From a virus (Duplodnaviria > Caudoviricetes), in IMG/VR virus record IMGVR_UViG_3300042013_000067, positions 32,001 to 96,000 of that record: 64,000 nt of DNA; one strand, given 5' to 3'. Each line of letters opens with the position of its first letter. The stretch's first letter is position 1. This document shows positions 18,412 to 27,199 of this stretch, piece by piece. The notes below the pieces were generated by a model, which had not been told where the DNA came from, ran no database searches, and saw only the letters and a program-made list of their open reading frames with translations. Both the position numbers and the translations under genes were made by a program.

Positions 18412-18940
18412 CGACTTGTTTCTCCAGAATGCTTACGTATTCTTCTTCAACCGTTTTGGCCAGTGCCATCATCAACGGTTGGATACCGTCTTCGTAATGG
18501 GTGGCCAGCTTGTTGTAGCCATCAGCCAAGTCCAGAACGTCGGTTACTTCCGATGCTGCTGGCGCGCCAGTCTTGCCCTTGTGGAAGGCGTACAGACCCT
18601 GCAGGTTTTCGTTGTAGTTGCTGATGTCGACGCACAAGGTATTGAAACCCCGCTCGAACGCAGCTGGATCATTCAGGTGCTTCTTGATTTCAGGCAGCTC
18701 GTGCTTAACCGGAATCACCCAAGGACTGGTGTTGAGGATGAGGCCTGCGCAATTCTCATAAAGCTTGCCCAGGATATCGAAGCCCATATCGGACTTGAGT
18801 GCTTCATCGGCAGCGATAGCGCCCATTTCGGCGACCTGACCAGCGATGGCTTGTTGTTCGGCGACTGGCAGCAATGCGAAGTCTTCCAGTTTCTTTTGTT
18901 CCGGTACGACGATAGCGCTACCGTTGATCAGCTCGCTCAT
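18398..18940 (-). CDS. Hypothetical protein, first gene of the minus-strand chaperone operon
   Basis: 180-aa ORF with AGGAGAAGAGG SD, overlaps the start of the 555-aa gene. Confidence 0.8.
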   Translation of the reverse strand: MSELINGSAIVVPEQKKLEDFALLPVAEQQAIAGQVAEMGAIAADEALKSDMGFDILGKLYENCAGLILNTSPWVIPVKHELPEIKKHLNDPAAFERGFNTLCVDISNYNENLQGLYAFHKGKTGAPAASEVTDVLDLADGYNKLATHYEDGIQPLMMALAKTVEEEYVSILEKQVDATA

Positions 18941-19051
18941 CCTCTTCTCCTAAGGCGTATATGGACGATGACATATATATTGCTTAACTAGGTAAAAACC
19001 CACAGAGTTGCAAAACACTATGAGTAACTCTTTTCCGTGGAAGGTAATGAC

Positions 19052-19900
19052 ATGCAAGACATGTTCAAAGAACGTCTGAATTCCGTATTGCCTTTTGAGC
19101 AATTGGAACTGGGTGCCAATGTCCTTGGTCTATTTGAGGATGTTGGGTTCACATCGCCATTCGAACCGCTTCAAGAGATTATAGAGGTAGGTACTTCTAA
19201 TCTTTGTACTGAGCAGTATGTCTCTCGGGTACTGACTTTGTTGTCAGACAGCATGGACGATTACTTGCTGGCCTTTGGTGTAGAAGTTACTGAGTCGACA
19301 CCGTTGCAATTCAAATTTGATCTGGGCACCACCCTCGTCAAGATTCCTTTCTACTATCTACCTGTGGAAGTACTGAACATCATTGAAGCGTCTGGCGACC
19401 ATGAAGCCATTCTTGCCGATCTGATTCAACTGACCACAGGGGTTATCCCTGAGGAGTCGTTAGAATATCTGTGGCGTGTGAACGAAGCATTGGTGCCAAA
19501 GATCGCAGCTGAGATGCGTAAGGCACTCGAACTGGACGAAGCGACCAATGCGCTACAACGTCCCCCAGTCGATCGTAAGCGTATCTCCAGTATAAACCGC
19601 CTACTGCAAGATGCCCGTGCTAACGACCACCTGGGTTCGCTACGCGAGCTCCTAGAGGCCAAAGCGGCCATAGGTGCTCCTTACGAGGCGCTGGTGCAGC
19701 AATACGTGGAGTCGTTGTCATTAATGCCAGCGGATCATATGACCATTGAACTCCTCGGCTTAGCCTTGTTCAGCAATCTGCCTGCCGATGAATGGCTTAA
19801 GGCAACGCAGCAAGCGGCTGGTGAGTTCACGGATCTGTTATCCGACCATCGCAAGATCGAAGTCGTGTTGAACGACTATCGAAACTTCTTCGAGATGTGA
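19052..19900 (+). CDS. Conserved protein, probable virion component (phiKZ gp79-like position)
   Basis: 282-aa helical ORF directly upstream of the vRNAP subunit; TATG late-type motif at ~19018. Confidence 0.65.
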   Translation: MQDMFKERLNSVLPFEQLELGANVLGLFEDVGFTSPFEPLQEIIEVGTSNLCTEQYVSRVLTLLSDSMDDYLLAFGVEVTESTPLQFKFDLGTTLVKIPFYYLPVEVLNIIEASGDHEAILADLIQLTTGVIPEESLEYLWRVNEALVPKIAAEMRKALELDEATNALQRPPVDRKRISSINRLLQDARANDHLGSLRELLEAKAAIGAPYEALVQQYVESLSLMPADHMTIELLGLALFSNLPADEWLKATQQAAGEFTDLLSDHRKIEVVLNDYRNFFEM

Positions 19901-21288
19901 GCATGAACAAGCGTGAGTTCTTTCTCAAGGGGCTACGCTCAGGTGCGTGTAAGAAACGTGCTTGGGTCATGGGGTGCTTCAGCTTCATCCTCAAGGATGG
20001 GCCACGACACCTCGCCCCCGATTACCCTTACCGCCTTTTTAAGGTGGGTGAGGACATGTATTTCATCGACCCGGAGCCGGCTAACCCAAGCCCTGCTACC
20101 GACCTGCTGCCTGCTAACCTGACCAAGATCGATGACTACATCCATGGCGAACCGATGTTCGAATGGCTGGAAGAGTTCGAACTACAGCCGGGGGATCTGG
20201 TAAACTTTGCTGGCACAAGCCCAATCGTCACCACACCGGGTAACGTGTTGGTGAACCACCTGTGTTTCTGTTTGCCGTTTGGGGACATCATCCCGTATCA
20301 AGACGCTTACATCAACGCAGGCAAGATCAACGACATCATCCTTGAACTGTTGGTCGATGACCCAGATCCGGATGACGGTGTGTCGCCACACCCCGATGGC
20401 AAGATCTACGTGCGTCAGATGTTGATGTACAACGAATACGCCTTGAGTCTCACCGCGTGGGCTGAAGATAACGTCACCCCGATTTCACCGAAGTCCCTCA
20501 CGGGTCACCCTGACCGTGAACGGGTCAAAGCGGAACTGATGGAGCAATACAAGGATCAGCTCGACGATCCTTCGATCATTGCCCGTATCGGTAACGTACT
20601 GGAAGAACTGGACATGGAGTATCTGAAGGACGATCCCGCCTTCAAGTTCTACATGTCGAAACGTGCGAAGCTGTTCAGCGGCTCTCGTAAGAAACAGTTC
20701 TACATGTTCGGTGGTGAAGACCCATTCGGCGATGGCACCTCGGTAACCTTTATCCCGCGTTCGCTGGAAGAAGGCATCGACATCAACAACCTGCCAACGA
20801 TGATCAACGCACAACGTGCGGGTTCCTTTAACCGTGGTTATCAGACGCGTCTGGGTGGTGAAGTAACCAAGACCATCTACCGGATGTTGGGTACGACTAA
20901 AATCGAACCAGGTGACTGCAAAGCCACCATCGGTATTCCGACCTATATCAACCCAAACTACCTCAAGCGTTTCACCGGTTTCTATTACGTGGAAAACGGC
21001 GTGACCATGCCCATCAACGATGAAGTGGTGGCACGTCTAGCGGGCAAGACCGTGGATCTACGTGATCCCATGGCCTGCAAGCAAGATGCTAACCGTAAAG
21101 ATGACGAACCCGGTAAGGGTAAGAACATCTGCTCCATCTGTGCAGGTGACGCCCTCTCGGAAATGCCCGAAGGTATCCCGGCCGCATCGGCAATGGTGGG
21201 TGGTCGCTTCCTTACACTCTTTTTAAAGAAAATGCATGCTAGCGCGCTAAAGACCACGAAGTGGGATTTCAGGCAGCATATACACTAG
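19897..21288 (+). CDS. rpoC: Virion RNA polymerase beta' subunit (phiKZ gp80-like)
   Basis: QRAGSFNRGYQTRLGG, GDCKA, Zn site DPMACK...ICSICAG, ASAMVGGRFLTLFLKKMH (RpoC AQSIGEPGTQLTMRTFH). Confidence 0.88.
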   Translation: MSMNKREFFLKGLRSGACKKRAWVMGCFSFILKDGPRHLAPDYPYRLFKVGEDMYFIDPEPANPSPATDLLPANLTKIDDYIHGEPMFEWLEEFELQPGDLVNFAGTSPIVTTPGNVLVNHLCFCLPFGDIIPYQDAYINAGKINDIILELLVDDPDPDDGVSPHPDGKIYVRQMLMYNEYALSLTAWAEDNVTPISPKSLTGHPDRERVKAELMEQYKDQLDDPSIIARIGNVLEELDMEYLKDDPAFKFYMSKRAKLFSGSRKKQFYMFGGEDPFGDGTSVTFIPRSLEEGIDINNLPTMINAQRAGSFNRGYQTRLGGEVTKTIYRMLGTTKIEPGDCKATIGIPTYINPNYLKRFTGFYYVENGVTMPINDEVVARLAGKTVDLRDPMACKQDANRKDDEPGKGKNICSICAGDALSEMPEGIPAASAMVGGRFLTLFLKKMHASALKTTKWDFRQHIH

Positions 21289-21384
21289 GTAATGTGATTC
21301 CTAGCTGTCTTTTGAATGACTGCAACATATCCACTGATCGGACCATGGTATGTGGTTCTCCTATTGATCCCCTGAGGACAAGTT

Positions 21385-22665
21385 ATGACTGATGAAAACC
21401 AGCAAGACCAACAGGCACAGGAGCAAGCCAATGCACCTGAACAAGAAAGCTTCGGCTCTACCCCAGCTGAGCTCTCGACTGAAGTCAAAGGCGCTGACTC
21501 TGACGCTACAGCTGCTGCCTCTGATAGCACCGCAGACCAGGCTGGTGAAACTGCTCCCGAAAGTGGTGCTGGCGGTTCAAGCGATCAGTCTGCTGCGCAA
21601 GAAGAAACCGACGTAGTGACTCTGGCTCGTGCCAAACACCAGGTCGATATGGTAGTCGGTGACGCCCTCGTACTCGAATACGTCAATGCCGTCGGCGATG
21701 TCAGCACTGACTACAACCTCGGCGCGTGGTCGACTGAACTGCTGTTGACCGTCCTGAAAGGTCTGATTCGTTTCCCTGAATCCGAACTCAAGAACCTGAT
21801 CGTGGTTCTGCGTCAGCGCATCGAGATCCCATCGGCCTGGGCCGACAAAGGCGTGATCGAATACCTGCGTGCCGGTGTGGAGCCAAAGCGCACCACTAAC
21901 GGTGTGTGGTTGGTTGACGTTACCCGTTCGGGTCGCGTACCTGCTGATTGGTCGACCGCTGAACTCGAAGCATGGGCTAAAGGCGAAATCCAAGCAGGTG
22001 GCAAGTCTCACGACAATGGCCTCGCGATCGAACTGAAGGCCCGTCTGGGTCTGAAGTGCGAAGACACGCCGAAGTCCGTGCGCAAAGCCTACAAGGCACT
22101 GTCGCCAGTCGACATCAAAGTCGTCGGCGCTGAAGCATCCACTCCGGTGGTTGTAGCAGCCGCTACCGACACCGATGAAACCGAACAGCTGCAACAAGCG
22201 AAAGCTGTTGTTGCTCAGATCGAAAAGGTAGAAGGTCTTACCAGCATGAACGTTGCATTCATCGATGACGGCTTGGCCAAATACATCGACGCCGTGAATC
22301 CACTGCGCCCGATTACTGAAACCGCCCAGCTCAAAGCGCAAAACGATCTGGACACACTGTTCCAGTACATCATCCTGCTGGAACCACAATCCATGGTTGC
22401 CGGTCTGGAGCGTCTGAAGGTCACCTTCAAGAAGCAGATGGAAGGCAACGGCGTGTTCAGCTTCAGCAACGTCTTCCGCTTCACGCATCTGATGCGTGAT
22501 GACAACAAGCGTCAGACGCGTCACGTGGGTTTGCTGGAACTGTTCCGCGTGTATTTCGCTGACGCCAAAGAAGCTCGTAAACAAGTTGACCTGCGTATCC
22601 TGCTGCAATATCAGGATGCACAGAAAGTCGACGTGTTGGCCGAGTACTTCACCCGCATCGCCTAA
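21385..22665 (+). CDS. Conserved hypothetical protein (phiKZ gp81-like position) with acidic N-terminus and three Trp-initiated repeats
   Basis: 426 aa, GAGGA SD, strong codon bias; WSTELLLTVLKG / WADKGVIEYLRAG / WSTAELEAWAKG. Confidence 0.8.
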   Translation: MTDENQQDQQAQEQANAPEQESFGSTPAELSTEVKGADSDATAAASDSTADQAGETAPESGAGGSSDQSAAQEETDVVTLARAKHQVDMVVGDALVLEYVNAVGDVSTDYNLGAWSTELLLTVLKGLIRFPESELKNLIVVLRQRIEIPSAWADKGVIEYLRAGVEPKRTTNGVWLVDVTRSGRVPADWSTAELEAWAKGEIQAGGKSHDNGLAIELKARLGLKCEDTPKSVRKAYKALSPVDIKVVGAEASTPVVVAAATDTDETEQLQQAKAVVAQIEKVEGLTSMNVAFIDDGLAKYIDAVNPLRPITETAQLKAQNDLDTLFQYIILLEPQSMVAGLERLKVTFKKQMEGNGVFSFSNVFRFTHLMRDDNKRQTRHVGLLELFRVYFADAKEARKQVDLRILLQYQDAQKVDVLAEYFTRIA

Positions 22666-22669
22666 CGAC

Positions 22670-22702
22670 CATAGCCCCTCCCGTAATGGGAGGGGCTTTA
22701 TG
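22670..22702 (+). terminator. CATA-family terminator
   Basis: GCCCCTCCC-GTAAT-GGGAGGGGC then TTTATG. Confidence 0.8.
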
Positions 22703-22797
22703 CCGCCTAACGGCTAAATCTATGTATCTACCAAAGAACCACCCCCTAACTAGGGTATTTTTATAACAACGCGTGACTTAGGAGTCAGGGAGCAACC

Positions 22798-24897
22798 ATG
22801 CTCGAACTGTTACTTAGCTTCGGACGGACCCTAGGTGCTAACGACAATACGGACATTCCATTTGCACCAGACACCCCATTCAAGGGTATCGTACCCTCGG
22901 CGTCTTTTATTACGGGTGATGCACTGGCCGCTCAAATCGGTCTGACTGCTGGTGATCCGCTTAACACCAATGCGGGTTGGTTACACTTTATCGAAGACAA
23001 CGGCCTAGAACTACTGATCGCCAAGAAGCCACTGCGCTACAACTTATCGTGGGAACAAGTCAATACCGCAATAAGTGGTGGGGCTAGGGAACTTACCATC
23101 AACGGCGACGTTTACATTTGCCGTAACATCACCGGTGCAATAACCACTACAGCCGCAGCAGTGCCGTCTAACGCCGGTGGTGAGTGGAACCGTTACATGT
23201 ACAACGTCTATGACCAAACTGATCGGTCCGGGATCCCTGAGGCGTTGCTCTGGGGTAATTACACTGAGGCTATGTTGGGCATCCCAACAACATCAGGTGG
23301 TAATGATCTCAGCAATGCTGCCTTCACCATGTGTTCGGAGACCCTTACTAACGGGTATTGCCTGCGTGGTAACGACTGGCAGAATTCCAGTGGTGGTCAC
23401 AACATCAAAGGCATCTGGAACATGCCGGCGAACAACCCACAGACGTACTACGGTTGGCGTCCGGTGTTGGTGAAGAAGTCGACACTACCATCTTCACCAT
23501 TTAAAGGTGAGGTATTGGCAGCGGATCTGATCACTGGTCCAGCGTTGGTCGCGGCAGTGGGTGTCACTACGGGTACAGCGTTTGGTAACGGGAGCCCGGA
23601 TTGGCTTAAGTTCGTAGACAATGGTAAGACATTCTACATCGCCAAGAAGCCATTGCGTACCGGTGTTACATGGGAGATCCTTAACGGTTTCGGTGCGGTA
23701 TTCGGAACCAAGGTTATCACTATCGGTGATAAGCAGTATCGGGTACGTCTGATGACAGGCGGTAACGCCGACCCTGCCAGCACTGGAGGTGGTGAATACA
23801 ACAACTACTTCTCACGTTGCACTACCTACTACACGGGTGCTGCTTCCGATCGCTTTGCCAACTACAGCGGTGCTGACGTAGGTTGGGCGGGTGGTACTAG
23901 CTCCGGTGAACTCTCCCTGATTCAAGAACATACCGGTTCGTCAGGTCCAGGGGCGCGTGGTTACCCAGGCTTCTTGGGTCTGTGGTATCAAGTTGCAAAC
24001 ACTACGCACTCGGGTTACGGATGGCGTCCAGTGTTGGAACTGATCGGTGATACACCGGTGTTGGTGGATACGTGGAGTCAGATCGCCACACTACCAGCTG
24101 GGGTCAACGGAGCCAGTGCTTGTGTGATTGCGGATAAGCTCTATGTCTACGGTGGTCAAGATGCATCCTTTGCCGTTAAGGGAGCCTTGTACGAAGTCAA
24201 TCTGTCTACGGGTGAGGTCATCACCAAAACAGCTGACATCCCACGTCGTTATCACGCCGCTGTAGCTATCGGTGGGAAGATGTATGTCTACGGTGGTTAC
24301 ACCACGGCATATGACGCAGCCGTACGGATCTATGATCCAGCTACTGATACCTGGAGTGCTGGTCTGGCTGGTATCGCAAGTGACCGTCATGGCTACGCGA
24401 TGTACAACAGCAAACTCTATGCATGGGGTGGTAACAACGGCACCACACTGAGTCAACTGAGAACATATACCCCAGCCGGCAACACTTGGGCTAACGTCAC
24501 CATTACTGGTGTAGCAGCGGCATCTGTTTACTTAGGTTCTGCTGATGTCTTCGGTAACTATGCCTACACACTCACAGGCTACAACAGCCCGAAACAATTC
24601 CGACAAGTCAACCTACTCACTAACGTGGGTGCCGCATTGCCTGACGCGCCACATGGTGTCTACGGTCATGCACACGGTTCGATGAAGAACGGTATCTACG
24701 TCTTCGGTGGTACAGTTGACACTGTTGACAAGGACAAGAGTGTACTGCGTTTCGACGTCAACACACTAGTCTGGAGTTACCACGGCACTATTCCGTACAC
24801 GATCGGTGAACGCGCAGCATCTGCTCAAGATGCCAGCAACATCTATCTGGCGGGTGGTGTAGGTGCTCCTACCGCAGTTTGGAAGTACACCCCGTAA
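22798..24897 (+). CDS. Virion structural / receptor-binding candidate: two GWRPVL-terminated domains plus C-terminal Kelch beta-propeller
   Basis: Repeated GDALAA.IG...WL.F...IAKKPLR...W...GWRPVL domain; Kelch repeats LYVYGG, MYVYGG, LYAWGG, IYVFGG, IYLAGG. Confidence 0.75.
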   Translation: MLELLLSFGRTLGANDNTDIPFAPDTPFKGIVPSASFITGDALAAQIGLTAGDPLNTNAGWLHFIEDNGLELLIAKKPLRYNLSWEQVNTAISGGARELTINGDVYICRNITGAITTTAAAVPSNAGGEWNRYMYNVYDQTDRSGIPEALLWGNYTEAMLGIPTTSGGNDLSNAAFTMCSETLTNGYCLRGNDWQNSSGGHNIKGIWNMPANNPQTYYGWRPVLVKKSTLPSSPFKGEVLAADLITGPALVAAVGVTTGTAFGNGSPDWLKFVDNGKTFYIAKKPLRTGVTWEILNGFGAVFGTKVITIGDKQYRVRLMTGGNADPASTGGGEYNNYFSRCTTYYTGAASDRFANYSGADVGWAGGTSSGELSLIQEHTGSSGPGARGYPGFLGLWYQVANTTHSGYGWRPVLELIGDTPVLVDTWSQIATLPAGVNGASACVIADKLYVYGGQDASFAVKGALYEVNLSTGEVITKTADIPRRYHAAVAIGGKMYVYGGYTTAYDAAVRIYDPATDTWSAGLAGIASDRHGYAMYNSKLYAWGGNNGTTLSQLRTYTPAGNTWANVTITGVAAASVYLGSADVFGNYAYTLTGYNSPKQFRQVNLLTNVGAALPDAPHGVYGHAHGSMKNGIYVFGGTVDTVDKDKSVLRFDVNTLVWSYHGTIPYTIGERAASAQDASNIYLAGGVGAPTAVWKYTP

Positions 24898-24900
24898 CGG

Positions 24901-24932
24901 CATAAGGCCCTCCCTAAACGGGGAGGGCTATG
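24901..24932 (+). terminator. CATAAG-family terminator
   Basis: GCCCTCCC-TAAACG-GGGAGGGC then TATG. Confidence 0.75.
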
Positions 24933-24976
24933 CAATCGAACAGACTATAGTTAGGAAGTATGTAGGGGTACCAGTC

Positions 24977-26320
24977 ATGCTGGAAATGTTATTGCATTAT
25001 AACCCCCCATCCGGATCGGGACCGTTCACCCCACCTGAGGTGATCGCAGGTAAGGCCTTCCAAGGATGGGTTGCTAGTGGTGATTTTATAACGGGTGATG
25101 CGCTAGCCACAGCCATTGGTTTGGCGGCTGGTACGTCGCACAACAGTGACGCAGGCTGGCTTCATTACATCGATGGCGCACGTGAGTTCTACATCGCACG
25201 TAAAACACTGCGATATAACCTAAGCTGGAGTCCGATTGAGATTGCCTTAGGTAGCCCAAATAAGATCATTCAGATTGGGGCGGACTATTACCAAGTCAAA
25301 CAAATGACGTCGATGTCGGTTGATCCTTTTTCTAGCATCGTCAGTAACGATGGTGGTGGCGATTGGAACAAATATATCTACCCATTGGTCTCTGGGCCGG
25401 CACGGGCACAGTTCACGGCTGAGGTATGGTCGTACTATACCGAAACCGATCTTGGTCTGTCTGCAGTATGGGGGACCCAACCAAATGGTTCGATCACCCA
25501 TACGGTGGAAAAACACAACACCATACCTGATATTCGTGCCGCTCGTGGACGAACCTATTCAGGTAGCACTGCAGTGTCCAGTGTAACTGGACGCACTGTG
25601 TATAATGCAGCTAACCCTAGCGAAGGTAACGCAGGTACAGGGTTAAGTCAGTATGGCTGGCGCCCGATCTTAGAGAAAGTACCTGAGCCACCACCGGCTG
25701 ATCTGTATTATGGTGAGGTAGCTTCAGCTGACTTCATTACGGCATCGGCTCTGGCGACCGCTGTAGGTGCGAGCGCATTGGGTACAGTAACCAATGCTGA
25801 CGTCAGTTGGCTGAAGTTCCGTATTGATGGTAAGACCCAGTACATCGCCAAGAAGCCATTGCGTCATGGCGTCACATGGAATAGCCTCAATGCACTAGGT
25901 CTGGTGTTTGGCACCCAGACGGTGGTTATTGGTGGACAGACGTATAAAGTGCGCCTACCCACAGGGACCTCGGTACCTTCAGCCAACGTATACAACCCAG
26001 CGCACATGGGTGGCGATTTCAACGACATGATCTACCCAATCTACGGTGGGGTAGTGATTAACCACGCGATGGTTCAAGCCTACCCGCGCTGGGCAGCCTT
26101 CACCGATGCCGAGCTTGGCCTCAACACCGTGAAATCACCAATCATCAACGGTGGTTTGACCTTGTGCCAAGAACTCGCTGCTCAAGGGGGTTATCTGGTG
26201 CGTGGCTATAACGACAATGACAACGCCGGTGTAGCTCAGTTGGTAGCTGGTTGGTACGTCACTGGAGACTCCACGATACAATACTCTGGTTGGCGTCCAG
26301 TGTTGGAGCTGGTTCCTTAA
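24977..26320 (+). CDS. Virion structural protein, paralogue of the preceding gene (two GWRP-terminated domains, no Kelch)
   Basis: Starts MLEMLL like MLELLL of the paralogue; same domain twice; the track start at 24863 crosses a terminator. Confidence 0.78.
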   Translation: MLEMLLHYNPPSGSGPFTPPEVIAGKAFQGWVASGDFITGDALATAIGLAAGTSHNSDAGWLHYIDGAREFYIARKTLRYNLSWSPIEIALGSPNKIIQIGADYYQVKQMTSMSVDPFSSIVSNDGGGDWNKYIYPLVSGPARAQFTAEVWSYYTETDLGLSAVWGTQPNGSITHTVEKHNTIPDIRAARGRTYSGSTAVSSVTGRTVYNAANPSEGNAGTGLSQYGWRPILEKVPEPPPADLYYGEVASADFITASALATAVGASALGTVTNADVSWLKFRIDGKTQYIAKKPLRHGVTWNSLNALGLVFGTQTVVIGGQTYKVRLPTGTSVPSANVYNPAHMGGDFNDMIYPIYGGVVINHAMVQAYPRWAAFTDAELGLNTVKSPIINGGLTLCQELAAQGGYLVRGYNDNDNAGVAQLVAGWYVTGDSTIQYSGWRPVLELVP

Positions 26321-26323
26321 CAG

Positions 26324-26357
26324 CATAAAGCCCCTCCCGTGATGGGAGGGGCCTATG
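26324..26357. terminator. Bidirectional CATAAAG-family terminator
   Basis: CATAAAGCCCCTCCC-GTGAT-GGGAGGGGCCTATG at a convergent junction. Confidence 0.8.
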
Positions 26358-26362
26358 TCCGC

Positions 26363-27199
26363 TTAGAACGTTTTATATTCCGCGCGAAGGGTTTCGACAT
26401 GCCTGCCTGTTTTCAGATGGGTCTGGATGATGTCGTAGTGGTCGACCTTGACATGGATGTGGTATTTCACATCCTCTTTAAGGTCAGGCCAACTGTAAAC
26501 GGAAGTACCGTCAGAATTCTGCGACACCACTAAGTCGGCTTTGTTGGCGGTGTCCCATTCAGCTTCGATCAACTGACAGTTCAGGACGAGTGCTTTTTTC
26601 ATCTGTTCAGCACATTCCTGTATCGAGCCCCCTAGGTTAACGGTGACTGGGGCAAGTGCGTCACGTACCCCACCCAAGGTGTTTGCCATCAACATGGTGG
26701 CTTTCATGGCTTTGGCCATAGGGGGATCAATGAGCTCGTCAGGGCGGTAGCTACCGATGCCCGGTGAGTAGAACTGGATGTGGTCAATGCTGCGATTGTC
26801 ACCGCGTTGGGCGAAGGACTGTGCCTTACCCTGAATCTGGTCGAACTCTTCCTTCGTCAGGGTAACTTGACCTGCCTCGTAGTCGATCAACGCGTAGTAG
26901 CAAAGACGCGCCACCTTCCAGTAGGTGATGTCGTAGTTGTCATCGTCCTGACACGTATCGTGCCCGGTCACCAGGTTGATGTGGTGCTCACCCAGTGCGC
27001 GCTGTACGTCCTTACGCTCCTCCAACATCTCAATGACCGCCGTGAGTTCAAGGAACTCATTGCGCAGCTCCATGATGGCATTGCGGCCTTTGTACTGACT
27101 GGCCACACCGTGATGCTGACACTTGAGGGCTTCTTTGGTGACTTCGGAAGCTTCTTCAGCTAGCTTGCCCAAGAGGTACTGCGTCCAATTCATGCTCAT
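26363..27199 (-). CDS. MazG-like NTP pyrophosphohydrolase domain fused to an unknown C-terminal region
   Basis: N-terminal LGKLAEEASEVTKEALK...LRNEFLELTAVIEML fits the all-alpha NTP-PPase ExxE...ExxD/E pattern. Confidence 0.65.
   Translation of the reverse strand: MSMNWTQYLLGKLAEEASEVTKEALKCQHHGVASQYKGRNAIMELRNEFLELTAVIEMLEERKDVQRALGEHHINLVTGHDTCQDDDNYDITYWKVARLCYYALIDYEAGQVTLTKEEFDQIQGKAQSFAQRGDNRSIDHIQFYSPGIGSYRPDELIDPPMAKAMKATMLMANTLGGVRDALAPVTVNLGGSIQECAEQMKKALVLNCQLIEAEWDTANKADLVVSQNSDGTSVYSWPDLKEDVKYHIHVKVDHYDIIQTHLKTGRHVETLRAEYKTF

Noticed and set aside
24863-24976. Upstream-extended starts in the ORF track (for example 19, 2733, 12802, 24863, 30374, 50825, 52396, 52830, 55881)
   Set aside because: They overlap previous genes, terminators or promoters; downstream starts have better SD sites or match the homologous N-termini
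22798-26320. Possible diversity-generating retroelement targeting the GWRP domains
   Set aside because: No reverse transcriptase and no template repeat with adenine-specific mismatches seen in this window; the four domain ends differ at all base types
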